DNA from: Squalus acanthias
Lineage: Eukaryota
Reading direction: 5' to 3'
Length of the DNA: 64,000 nucleotides
Assembly (NCBI GenBank): GCA_030390025.1
Contig: CM059432.1
Location: forward strand, 100,504,001 to 100,568,000
Within the stretch, counting starts at the first letter, position 1. Every line of letters begins with the position of its first letter. The translations under genes and the position numbers were made by a program. Below are positions 27,551-40,221 of this stretch, piece after piece. The notes below the pieces were generated by a model, which was not told where the DNA came from, searched no databases, and worked only from the letters and a program-made list of their open reading frames with translations.

Positions 27551-28452
27551 CAAACTCTGGCTGCTCCCTCACCTGCTTTGACGCCAGGTTGAAATGGGAG
27601 GAATCATGCAATGTGAGAAATTAGTAATCTGTAGGAAATTTCCATATTTCCCTTTAATTGCTTCTTAGCAAACAATTTACATGGAATGGAATGCATATCC
27701 AAACATTATTATTTGGTACACTATTTTACAGCTAGGAGGAATTTTTGGAGCATGAACTAAAGTTTACACTTGTCGCTTAAAGGATGTGAAAATTTATGAG
27801 TTAGCATTAATGTGCCTTTAGTTTTGTTACCACTATTAGAATAAATTAGACCTCACCATGGTCAATGTGAGTATTGGTTGTACACCAACACGAGTGTATT
27901 GGCCTTCAACAATCTCCAAAGCATCAGTTGTTGGCAAACATAAGTGGACCCAGAAGGGAACAGCCTGGGTGAAGACTTCCTCTGTGCAATGTATATGTGC
28001 TTAAAAAAACACATTTATGATTTTGCTACATCTCTTGCACAGAGAAACTTCCCTACACCTTCAATTCCAAAATATATATAGTATAAAAATGAATATATGG
28101 GAGAAACTACAGGATGTAGGAACAAAAAGAGCACAAACTGCAAGTTTTGGTTATTTCTTAAAAGCGAGATACATTGAAATAGATTACATTTTTTAAAATA
28201 AAAATGATGAATCTCATTCCCAAAGAGCAAAAGCTGACAGATTGGGTTACCTCATCTAAGGTTTAGGTGATCAGCATAAATCGCATGATCTATGCTGTTG
28301 CAGTTTATGATATCCCTCAGCTCATTGGTGAGATTACTGTTCTTTCCTGAATACCAGTTTATAAGTTATTCAGATAACAATGAACTAACCAAAAGAGAGG
28401 AAATATATTAAAAACTGAGCACGACATTTCATTTTTTAAATATTCTTACTTA

Positions 28453-28650
<198 letters not shown>

Positions 28651-28859
28651 TTAATGTAAACTGTGAGTGAGATAATTCCAAAAACAGACAAATATGGGCA
28701 TTTGCATTTTGTAAAATCTGATGCTTTATTAATTTCTTTTAAATATTGTTAATCAATTCAATTGATAAATGCCTGAAAAATATAACATTTTGTTCAAAAA
28801 GTGGCTATTAAAATATTACTATTATTCCAAGATTCTTGTAGCAATGAAATGTAGAAGCT

Positions 28860-29205
28860 TGAGATTTGGAATAGGCCATTCAACCCTTCACGCATGTTCT
28901 GCCATTCAATTAGATAATGGCTGATCTGTACCTCAACTGCATTTACCTGTCTTTTCCTACATGTCCATACCTAACACAAATCTATTGATCTCAGCCTTGT
29001 AAATTTTAATTGATTCAGCATCCACAGTCTTTGGGGGAGAGAGTTCCAGATTTCCACTACCCTCTGTGTGGAAAAAGTGCTTCCTGATTTCACTCCTAAA
29101 TGGCTCTAGCTGTAATTTTAAGATTATGCCATCTTTTTCTGTATTACCCCACCAGAGGAAATAGCTTCTCTATATCTATCCTATTGAGTCCCTTTATCAC
29201 TTTAC
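28860..29205 (-). mobile_element. Old CR1 3' fragment
   Basis: Similar to 24040-24340 and other CR1 3' UTRs. Confidence 0.7.
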
Positions 29206-29373
29206 TACTTATACAGAGACAGTAACAAAGGACTGGATGAGGCCTGTGCTTTACAAGCTTTCTCTGACTCTTGCAGATGAAATCTCATGACATTCTTCTA
29301 AAATGGAATTTCTGCTAATTCCTTTCAACATTAGCTCCTATCACGTTGTGGCCTGGAGGTAAAGAAATACATA

Positions 29374-31070
29374 GGGCTGAATTTTGCCGGCGTTCAGAGT
29401 GCGGGTTTGGAGCAGGTCCGCTGTCAAAATCACAAAGATTAACAGCGGGTCGGTATCCCGCTGTAAACCTGCCTCCTTGTCAGTTTCCTAAGTGTCGGGT
29501 CTGTCATCCCTGAACAGACCCGACACCAAGCGGCCAATTTAGATAGTTAAAAGCTAAGTAAAAGGTAGTTCAGAACCATTTTCCCATGTACTTACCATTT
29601 TATCAGGTTTTCAATGAGGTTCCCGGAGAGCGGCTATCACGTCAGGTAAGTCTCAATGACTGTGGATTACTGTGAACAGGTGAAAGCTGCAAAAGTGGTC
29701 TAAAACCTACCAATTCACAGCTGTTCACTTCCCAATCTTAGAAGCTGGAGCATTAATGATTTGGAACCCACTTTTGAGCTTTATGCACTTTTGAAGTGTT
29801 TGGAGTAATCTCTCTATCCAGTGTCACCTCCTGGGAACAACCTATCTCAACATTGACAGATCGCTTCTGTCATCTCAACCTCACCTATCATCTATTCCAT
29901 CAACATCAGTGCCCTTGAAAAAATCTCACCTTGGTCCTCAGAATCCCAACACGATCAGCCCCAACACCATCAGCACCAACATCCACACCAGCCTTCTCCG
30001 CAATCAACTGATGCTGCACTGGACACAGGGCATCATCACCCATGCACATTGCTGCCCGTGACACCAACGATGGCCCCACCATGGCCAGATTTACTTCACT
30101 TGACACTGTACACCCTGGCTGCCACATGATGCACCAGGTTGGCACCACCCCACACCAGCACCATAAAGAATCCTTACAATGTCCAAGCCATTCCTTTCAC
30201 ACTCAGCACCAATGGGCGGGGTGGGACGTTACATCTCACCATTCACTGGGACTCCCTAAGACACTTCCAAAGGTGCACACAAATCTGTCCAAGAAGGCAA
30301 AGTGTTGAAAATAAAGATTTCAATGCTTGACAACACATTAACAGACACTTTACACGAACATTGACTGAAGCACACAAGTGCCTACCCATGTGTGTTGTTA
30401 GTTTGAATGATTGGACAAGGATGAGGGTGAGTGTGAGGGGCGGCTAGTGAGATGGGGAAGTGATAACGTAGATAGAGAGGGATGGGTGGAGGTGTAAGGT
30501 AAGTTGGTGTGAGTAAGAATGTGCAGGAGTAGGTTAGGGAAGGTAGAGTGATGGGGATATGATGAGTGGCACAGCAGGATGAGGTTGAGTGTGGCTTTGC
30601 AGTAACGTTTTGTGATCTACTGAGATCATTGAAAGGTTTGCACCACTGCAGCCTGGTCCTCCTGACGACATCCCTGCTTGTGCCCTCCTGTGCAATGTGC
30701 AACCAGGCTGCGTTGGTCTCCTGGGGAGGTCTCTTCCGCCCATTGGAAGGGAAGAGAACCTCCCTGCATACTGTGACTCTCTCCATAAGCATATGGAGGG
30801 AGTCATGGGAGAGCCTGGGTGCAGCACTTGTCAGTGTTTGCAGTACCTCAATGCTGTAGAACACTGTCAGCACAACTGTCAAAATGATTGTGGAGATGTT
30901 CCCTTTAAGGAAACCGGCTGATGACGTGTCTGACACCATCAGACCTGCTTTCTATTAATTGGCAGGGAACCTTGCAGGGCGGGCTTAACAAGCCCCATCA
31001 ACGGAATATCTTGTTAAAGGCTGGGATCGACACCCGTCCCGGACCCGCCGAGGTTGGAAAAATCCAGCCC
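29374..31070. mobile_element. Non-autonomous Harbinger element with Myb/SANT-like relic on the minus strand (about 30620-30826)
   Basis: TIR GGGCTGAATTTT / AAAATCCAGCCC; ATA TSD; peptide AAPRLSHDSLHML...REVLFP...AWLHIAQE....Q.CK.FNDL. Confidence 0.85.
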
Positions 31071-31832
31071 ATATTGTGGGGTTCAGTTAAATATAGATTG
31101 TAGAATTATCTGTACTGGCAACCTGGTATTATGTATATCGAGTCACTTTCAGGGTTACCACCACTGTATTCAAGGGGATTTGTTTTATAAAAGACAAAAT
31201 AAATGGAAGATAGTGAAGAAGATAGGGTATCATCAGAGTACAACAACAAAGGAACAAAGATGTCAGGTGGAAAATCAATATGGAAACAAACAGGTTGTCT
31301 AAATTGAGATAAGACAACTTCCATATTTTGTGCAAATTTAATAAGTGGTTGCAGGTAGATTGTCTATTTGTGCAATAAACACTCATGTCAGTGGTACCGG
31401 GGGAAGATTTTATAAATTAACACTTCCTGTGCAGAACTTCCCGTGAAACTCTGTGCCCAGGATTAAGTCAGAAAATATGTACACAGAAGACATGTATACT
31501 GTACAAGCAGTGGTTTAATTCGATCAGAAAAACAGTGGATAAAAGAACCTGACACTGAGACTCAATAAGAGAGAGATAAATGGTGCCAGGCTATATGAGG
31601 CCTCAATGGTAGTAGTCTTAGTCCAAAGTGAGATGACAGATGATGCTGCTCAAATGTAAGCTTTGGGATCCAGCACCAAAACTTACAGATACTGATAGCA
31701 GTTATAAGATAGATACTCTTCCTTTTTTTCCTCATATCTCTAAAAACAGAGTATGAATTCAGACAGTTTGATTGAACAATATGAGCAAAACTACATTGTT
31801 GTGTTACATCAGCACTAGTACAAAACAAACTA

Positions 31833-32066
<234 letters not shown>

Positions 32067-33159
32067 CTAAAAAAAGCCTGACAGTAATATTGGTGTGCAT
32101 GGAACTTAAAAGACATGCTGCTGCTTGACAACAGCTTATCGAGGATTTAGTAAAAGAACAATGAATAATAGAGCAATTTCACTGTCTAGAGAGATGCAAG
32201 AAACATTCGGTGTCTCTGTTATTTATTCTCTTTGAATACTTGTAAGCATATCAGGAATGGAAAGAGCAGTTTTATAGTGCTGTCAGAAATCAACAATCTG
32301 GAAAACAAGATTTTTAACAGTATAAAATGTAACTTCAATTTAATAACTAACTGAAAACAGATTTTATTGAATGTAGTTTAATAGACTTATTATATTCACA
32401 CCAAATGAGAATAAACTTTAGAGCAACCCATCGACTAACACAGTATTCCAACTAATGAGCATACAAAGATATACCGATATTCGGTCAAATAAAAGCAAGG
32501 TAATTGTATTATAAATTAATCAAAGCTCTTATGGGAGAAGTTTAGAGTAAATCAGGCCATTTTTCACTTCAGGTAAACTCTAAATTATTGATGTAATGCA
32601 CAGCCTTAGTTTATCCAGACCTGCAAAATTCTTCAGGTAGGTTACAAACGACTAAAAATGCTGTGCTTCCGTCTGCCACTGAAGAACAACTGATCTACAA
32701 ACTGCAGCTGTTCACCATGCATGAGCCACCTATGCCTCTACTAGGCTGCAAGAAATTGGATAACCTTCAATATTCTAGCAATTATTGGGGGAAAAAAAAC
32801 TAGTTTCCTCCCTTATCTTGTTTGCCTTTTGAAATTCCAGGTGTATTCCTATCAGATGGCCATTACACATGAATCAAGAGAATTAATGATATTTGATGCT
32901 CAGGACGAGCATTGGGAATTGTATTTTGGAGATTATAAAATTTGGGTGAGCTGCAGCAATGAAAGCAGCCCTGCAGACTCCAGTCCCTTCATCCACCCGG
33001 GAACCATTGAGGTATTGTCCCACCACACAACAGTTAAAGAATATAGACATGTTTATACCTCTATATCTCAGCTGTACAGCAGCAGGGCTTTAATGCAGAC
33101 CCCTTCTTATTCACTGACACCTTGGAAAATATTCCATATTCCAAATCATTTATAAAAAT

Positions 33160-33630
33160 TATAACTGTCTTGTCTACCTTTCAGCTACACAACAATCCAG
33201 TCTAATATTTTCCCACCTGTCTCAAGGGAATGCATCTGCTGAATAAATCAGTTATGTCAAAAACCTTCCTGAAAGCCAGGTAGATAACAGCCACAGCCTC
33301 ACGCATTTCCAGGAGACCTGTAAACTCATCAAAAAAATCAGTAAACTGATCAGACACAAACTGCCCCTTCTAAACTGATGCTGGGTATCTTTAATCAGAT
33401 GCTATCCTTCTAGATGATTCCTTATGCTATCTGTAATCAAAGTATCAAACAACTTCATCACAATTGAGATAAGGTTCAGAAGTCTGTATTTTGAGGTTTC
33501 ATCACATTTTTTTAAAGAGATAGGTTGCATCTGCAATTTTCCAATCCACTGGAATTTAACTTGAAAGATATCATAGGGGGGTGTTTGCAATTTCTCAGCC
33601 AACTCTATCAGCATCCTTGGATAGAAATGT
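33160..33630 (-). mobile_element. Highly degraded CR1 fragment
   Basis: Remnants such as KYRLLNLISIVMKLF..I...I..HLE. Similar sequence resumes at about 34532-34630. Confidence 0.5.
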
Positions 33631-33695
33631 CAGAGCCTGTAGCTTAAGCTTCCTAAAACTTTTTGCTGTGTAATACTTGCAACACTAAAGATTTC

Positions 33696-34531
33696 GGGCT
33701 GGATTTTGTCAATGGGGACGTGATGGAGGCGGGACTCCCACTTTTTGGGTTGTAGTCCCGCCTCCATCGACTTGTGGCCAACCCACTGTATTTTCCCTTG
33801 ATTGACCTTGTTAAGCCCGCCCAGCGGGCTTAGCAGGCCAATCAAAGGTCCCTTGGATACAGGTGACGTCAGCCATTGAAATTTCATCTGTCAAGAGCTT
33901 TTGACAGATGAAATTTCAGCGTTTGACAGCTCTGTGAAGCTGTCAAACACTGACAATATGATTTCTAACTTGAGTCCCTGTACTTAGACTCAGTTAGAAA
34001 TCAATCCAGCACAGAAAGCAGAGACTGCAGCTTTTGACAGCTCTGCGGCCATTCTGCTTTCTGTGCCATGGATGTGAGGGACTCCCGACACCTTAGCCTG
34101 CAGGACAAAGTTAAGGTAAGTAAAAGTTCTTAAAACACTTTACACACACCAAACACACTTACCTCTGCATTCATGCACCCATCACTCACCTGCACACCGG
34201 ACATCTCGACCCCTTCCAAGCCCTCCAGACCGACGGTCCGCCTCGCTAAATCGGCGTGGTTCGGACCTCTCGGGAAGCCCACACTTCAGGACTAAAAATA
34301 GGGATTAGGCAAAAAACTGCCTGTTAACTACCTGTTAACAGGCAGTTTATTGGCACTAATCCCCTTCCCGCCTCGGGGAGGCGGGTCCCAGCACAGGTCG
34401 GGTACCCGCCGCCTGGGAAACTGGCATGGAGGCGGGTTGGGGGCGGGATGGGTTCGGGACCCCCGAATCTGCTATTTTCACACCACTCCCGCCTCCAAAC
34501 CCGCCTCCACGGGCTGGTGAAAATTGAGCCC
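33696..34531. mobile_element. Harbinger-like MITE, copy 1 (836 bp)
   Basis: TIR GGGCTGGATTTT / AAAATTGAGCCC; TTC TSD; near-identical reverse copy at 37706-38539. Confidence 0.9.
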
Positions 34532-35169
34532 TTCAAGGCTGCTCTCTCCTTTATACTCCTCAATGAGCTCAAGCATCTACACCCACCATGAAAAAACAAT
34601 CACAAAATAATCATTAAGTAATCCCACCATTTCCCCACCCTCAGACACTATGGGGGCGATTATCCCAGCCCCGAGGAGGCGGGTTTGGAGGCGGGACAGT
34701 TGGCAAAATCGCAAAAAGTGAGGGCGGGTTGGGAGCCCGCCCCCACCGCAATTTTGCCGGAGGTGGGTTTGATGGTTGCGATTCGGTCCCGCCTCCATCA
34801 GTCGGGAGAGGTAGTTAAGACCCTTAAATAGTCGTTAAGGGCCTCTATAATCCTATTTTGACAGGCCTTTGTTATTTTGCCACATTTTGTGCGTGTTGCA
34901 CGACCCTCCTAAACCACGCCAACTAATCCTGGCGGGTTGACAAGTGGGTGGCCTCCTCACAGCTGCAGCTCCACCATTAAAACAGAGCTTTCATCAGGGA
35001 GCAGTTGCAGGTGGCAGAACTTTTGTTCCACAGATCTTTCAGCACTTTTAGCAGGCTACCGAAGTCGGAGGTGCTGCAGCTTCTATCTCTCAACTGTGGG
35101 ACCTCCTTGGAAGACCCTCTCCCTGCTTGGACTGAGCGCTTCCCCAACGGAGGTATCTGCCAGCAGCAT

Positions 35170-36234
35170 GGGAACCATTTATTTCCTTTCATCATGGACC
35201 TCAGATTCAGATGAGGAGCATCCACGGCAGCAGCAGAACCAGGCAGCTCAGCAGCAACAGCAGCAGGAGCCCAAACCTTCTGCTCCCCCACCTGATGCTG
35301 CACGGGACAGAAGGCGCCAGCACATGGAAGCATGTCGCCGCAGGAGATACCCACCTCTCAGGGTTTACAGACAGAGGATGAGCTACCGCAACATGAGTGA
35401 GCAGCAGTGCCAAAGGAGGCTGAGACTTTCGCGAAAGATCTGCGCACTGCTGCACCAACACCTGAAGCCCAGAGGAGCTGGTGGACACCCCTTACCAGTG
35501 GCTGTCAAAGTCACCACCACACTCAACTTTTTTGCCTCAGGCTCCTTCCAGGGATCATCAGCGGCATCTCTCAGTTATCACGCAGGTTACCGATGCCCTT
35601 TTCGCAAAGGCGCACAAGTACATCCACTTCTCAAAGGATCAAGCAAGTATAACCGCGCGTTCAGTTGGCTTGCAAATATGGCAGGCTTGCCAATGGTGCA
35701 GGACGTCACAGACTGCACACATGTGGCCCTCAGGGCACCCCATCGTTCATCCTGCGGAACTCGAGTGTTCCTCCGCTCTTCAATCCGCCAAACCAACTTA
35801 ACGGATGGCTCCTTGGTGACAAGGACTACCCCCTGAAGAAGTGGCTAATGACGCCGATCAGGAGGCCAGCTAACGAGACTGAGGAGCGCTACAACGCCAG
35901 CCACATTTAGACCAGGTCCATCAACGAGCAAACCATTGGCTTGCTGAAGATGTGATTCCGATGCCTTGACAGATCAGGTGGAGCCCTGCAGTATTCAGCA
36001 GCCAGGGTCTCCAGAATGGTCATGGTCTGCTGTTCACTGCACAACATGGCACAGCGTCGTGGCTTGCAGCTTCCTGATGAGCAAGTGGCTCAGTTCATAG
36101 TCTCCTCAGATGAGGAGGAGGAGGAGGACCGAGCAGCGGCGTATCTACCAGCAGCAGCAGCAGCAGCAGCAGCACGCGAGCACATGGCTGCCCGTGATGC
36201 AAGGGGTGCACTCATCCTGGCCAGATTTGCATAG
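35170..36234 (+). pseudogene. Harbinger DDE transposase, disrupted
   Basis: [67 protein letters not shown] motifs, with frameshifts, stops and an internal deletion. Confidence 0.88.
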
Positions 36235-36479
36235 ATTGCCCATTGTGGCACATGTGCTTGGCTCCTTCTTAACACATGACAGACAATGGACATGACTCTC
36301 TGGCCTCCTTTCACTCTGACCACGCAAGTGTTGTGGAGCCCACAATGTAGAGCTGCCTAAGCTGAAATAACATATGCCATCACGCCAATAGTTTGCCATC
36401 ACCTAATTTTAATACATTCACACAGGGATGGCATTTCATCAATAAACAGAAACAATCACCCAATCTGCACACAGATCTG

Positions 36480-36625
36480 GAGGTTATATCCCTTGCCAGC
36501 TGGACCCACACAGCCTTTCTTTGGGAGGGGAAGAGCACCTCCCTGCTAGCTCTCGCCCCCTCAACCAGCATACCCAGCGCCTCATCCGAGAACCTCGGGG
36601 AGGCCCTTGCCTTGGAGCTGGCCAT
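36480..36625 (-). pseudogene. Harbinger Myb/SANT-like DNA-binding ORF, truncated
   Basis: MASSKARASPRFSDEALGMLVEG....REVLFP...WVQLARDI. Confidence 0.75.
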
Positions 36626-37129
36626 TCTTCAAGGAGATAAAAGTTTGGAGGTGGTGCACCATCGACCAAAAACCAGTGGAATGAGCCAAGGCAGCAAGCA
36701 GCCCTTAAATGAAACTGGATAAGTGACGTCAACAGAGGCGAGTTTCAGTCCCAAAAGACTAATTGGCCCAGGGGAACCCACACATCTGAAATTAACTGGT
36801 CAATTAGGGGAAATCGCAAATTTTTCCCACCCGACAGTGGAGGCGGGTTTAGAACCCACCCAAACCAAAACCCGCCTCCAATGGGAAAATCGCCCCCTAT
36901 TTCCCCATTGCCACTGGTAAATGGTCCAAAGTCCCTTTTGTACCCTCTCTTGTTCTGAATATATTAAAAGATCACTTTGTTGTTTTCCTTTATATTTTCC
37001 ACTTTATTCCTCGTGTACTCTTTTTTTCTTGTATCTATTCCTCTACTTGATTTTAGTTTTCTTCTGTACAGTTCAGAATTTTACATGACCCTCCTTTCAC
37101 TAATTCCGTACAATGGCTTCCCTTTTCAT

Positions 37130-37425
37130 CCATGTGTACAGTTCAGGTCAACACAGAACAAAAAGGCAATTGCAGCTATTGAAAGGATGCAGGAGAGTAA
37201 TCAGAATGATTGAAAGGATGGAGGGATTGGATGATGAGGAGCTATTATGCAAATTGGGTATTTTCTTACTGGAAAAGAGAAGGTTGAGAGATGATATGAT
37301 TGCTGTTTTTAAGGATTCTAAAGGGACTAGATAATGGAGGCAATGATGAGCTATTTCACCTTGTCCAGAACAAAGGACATGGTTTGCGCTTGAAAGGGGG
37401 TAAATTCAAAACGAATCTGCCGACA
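37130..37425 (+). mobile_element. Old CR1 3' fragment
   Basis: LGIFLLEKRRLRDDMIAVFK, GHGLRLKGGKFKTN. Confidence 0.65.
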
Positions 37426-37705
37426 CAATGTATTAATCCGAAGGTGGCTTCCGTGTGGGGGTGGAGGGGTGGGGTTGAATTGCATGGTGGAAACCCGGAA
37501 AACAACTGAGTGGGTCGGAATAAGCGATCTCAACTGAATTGTACCAATTAATTTTGACTTCTAGGTTTTGCATCCCCAAGCTGCACAGCGGGTGTGATGC
37601 ATGCCCACATGACGCAATCTCAGCCTCGGGACAGTCCACAAATAAAAATTGGAGATGTTCAGGATGGATGGTGGACTTAGAGCAAGGGCAGCACCCAGAT
37701 TCAAT

Positions 37706-38539
37706 GGGCTCAATTTTCACCGGCCCGTGGAGGCGGGTTTGGAGGCGTGTGGGGTGTGAAAATAGCAGATTTGGTGGTCCCGAACGCTTTCCGCCCCCAA
37801 CCCGCCTCCATGCCAGTTTCCCAGGAGGTGGGTACCCGACCTGTGCTGGGACCCGCCTCCCCGAGGCGGGAAGGGGATTAGTGCCAATAAACTGTCTGTT
37901 AACAGGTAGTTAACAGGCAGTTTTTTGCCTAATCCCTATTTTTAGCCCTGAAGTGTGGGCTTCCCGACAGGTCCGAACCACGCCGATTTAGCGAGGCGGA
38001 CCGTCGGTCTGGAGGGCTTGGCGGGGTCGAGATGTCCGGTGTGCAGGTGAGTGGTGGGTGCATGAGTGCAGAGGTAAGTGTGTTTGGTGTGTGTAAAGTG
38101 TTTTAAGAACTTTTACTTACCTTAACTTTGTCCTGCAGGCTAGCTTCCTTAAGGTGTTTGGAGTCCCTCACATCCACGGCACAGAAAGCAGAACGGCTGC
38201 AGAGCTGTCAAAAGCTGCAGTCTCTGCTTTCTGTGCTGGGTTGATTTCTAACTGAGTCTAAGTACAGGGACTCAAGTTAGAAATCATATTGTCAGTGTTT
38301 GACAGCTTCACAGAGCTGTCAAACGCTGAAATTTCATCTGTCAAAAGCTCTTGACAGATGAAATTTCAATGGCTGACGTCACCTGTATCCAAGGGACCCT
38401 TGATTGGCCTGCTAAGCCCGCTGGGCCGGGCTTAACAAGGTCAATCAAGGGAAAATACAGTGGGTTGGCCACAAGTCGATGGAGGCGGGACTACAACCCA
38501 AAAAGTGGGAGTCCCGTCTCCATTGACAAAATCCAGCCC
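37706..38539. mobile_element. Harbinger-like MITE, copy 2 (834 bp), inverted relative to copy 1
   Basis: TIR GGGCTCAATTTT / AAAATCCAGCCC; AAT TSD. Confidence 0.9.
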
Positions 38540-39454
38540 AATGACTCATCGCTGGAACTACTGCTGGGTGCAGTCAGGAGCAGGAGGGACATACTTTTCC
38601 CCAGCAATGGGAGGAAGAAATTTGCTGCTCTCGACAAGAAGGCGTGATTGGAGGCAGCTGAGGAGGTGAGCAGCAGAAGCATTGTGCCCAGGTCATGGAT
38701 GCAATGTAGGAAGTTTAATGACCTAAGCAGGTCAGGAGAAGTGAGTACATTTGCTGATTCAATTACATCCTGTGGTTTAAACAACCCCCTTTCACCCTGT
38801 CTTGCTAAATATTCTCCATCACATAACTTCTCATATCCACACAACTTTCAGCAGCACCCAGCCTTCACTTTCTATGCACTTCATCACCTCCCCATTTACC
38901 CATCCAGCTTTAACACTCACCCCGATCCTTATGCAATGTGATGCATCTGCCTCATAGTCCCCAACTGCATCCATCGGGTGAATACCTCACCTTCACTCAC
39001 TCACAGGTCTGTTTTTTGCCCCTTGTAGGAGTAATAGCGCAAAACGCAAGGGTGAGAGAGAGGACTGGAGGTGGGCTGCCACAAAAAGTACAGCTCACAG
39101 ATGCAGAGGAGGATGCCCTGGAGATAAATAGCACATCTGTGTCCCTCTCAGTCGAGATGAATAGACAGGAAGCTCACAGATAGCTGGTGACAGAATTCCA
39201 GTATCTCTGACACACATATGCTGACTTAATTTCATCAATGACTGAACTATGAGAAGACTGAGTATGGTGATTTTCAAGATTGTGACTTCACCATGATGAT
39301 ATTATATCCCCTTCTATTGTCTTCCAGGTCTTTCACATGCACAGCAAGTATCGCAGGACATCCATGAGGACGATTCCTCAGTGGACCTCATTCCTTCTGA
39401 GGCTGCACAATCACAGCACATACACCAGTGCAGATACTCACACTTCGGTGGGTC

Positions 39455-40057
39455 TGTTGGCACATGGAACTCGGTTAATTCGGTTTCTGAAAGGTGTTCA
39501 TGTTTAGTTCATTCAATATAGAGCAAAAAAAGGTGATTGGCATAATTGAAGAGAGAAAGATTGAAAGAGATACGGATTTCACTGAGCAACTGTCAGTTTG
39601 TTCAAGTGACCAGTTTCAGGACCTTGGGGACTGAAACTGAGATTCCTGCCAATAGAATGTTCAACAAGGGCATTTGCAATCTACGCAAAGGGATGTTGAC
39701 ATACGAATATTATAAAGAAACGTAAACTTGTGTATGGAAGAATCGGCCGAAGGACGTGCATTGACCGGCGACTACCAAATAAGGCAAGGCAACTTCCAGT
39801 TTGATAAAGAAATCAGTGTATAAAAAAAGAAGCTTTTGTGTTAAGTTGAGAAAAGAGAGAAACCTACAAAGATGAGTGCGTGCCTACGCTCAGAACTGCT
39901 GACAAAACTCCACTTGTAGACTGCGTTATATTCTGAAGAAATTATACTCCGCTTTTAGATTGTTTTTATGTTAAAGTAGAAAAAATAAAGCAATTATAAC
40001 CACAAGACTGAATTCTTTACTACTCAACTGAACAACAGAAGATTGTTTAAAACAACA
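39455..40057 (+). mobile_element. Solo LTR (603 bp)
   Basis: TGTTG...CAACA termini, GGGTC 5-bp TSD on both sides, TATAAAA at 39819, AATAAA at 39984. Confidence 0.8.
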
Positions 40058-40221
40058 GGGTCCACTAGGACAGTTAGTTGGGTTTTCACCTGGTGATTCG
40101 CATATAAGTGAGCACGAGCACAAGGGGGTAGAAGTTATGCTGCAGCTATATAAAGCCCTGGTTAGACCACACCTGGAGAACTGTGAGCAGTTCTGGGCAC
40201 CACACCTTAGGAAGGATATAT

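Larger units (their letters stand above)
34652..36897. mobile_element. PIF/Harbinger transposon, internally deleted (2246 bp)
   Basis: TIR GGGGGCGATT / AATCGCCCCC; TAT TSD; convergent transposase (+) and Myb-like (-) relics. Confidence 0.92.
37440..40108 (+). mobile_element. Older Harbinger relic carrying a spliced Myb/SANT-like gene; host of a MITE and a solo LTR
   Basis: After removing the MITE it reads RAAPRFNDSSLELLLGAVRSRRDILFP...EEVS....RSWMQCRKFNDL; GTGAGT donor near 38741 and TTGTAG acceptor near 39028. Confidence 0.7.

Noticed and set aside
34937..36234. Domesticated HARBI1 gene nested in CSMD3
   Set aside because: Frameshifts, stops and an internal deletion, and it lies within TIRs and a TSD, so it is a decayed transposon.
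33696..38539. A single transposon with 835-bp TIRs
   Set aside because: Each arm has its own TIRs and own TSD, and the outer flanks (TTC, AAT) do not match.
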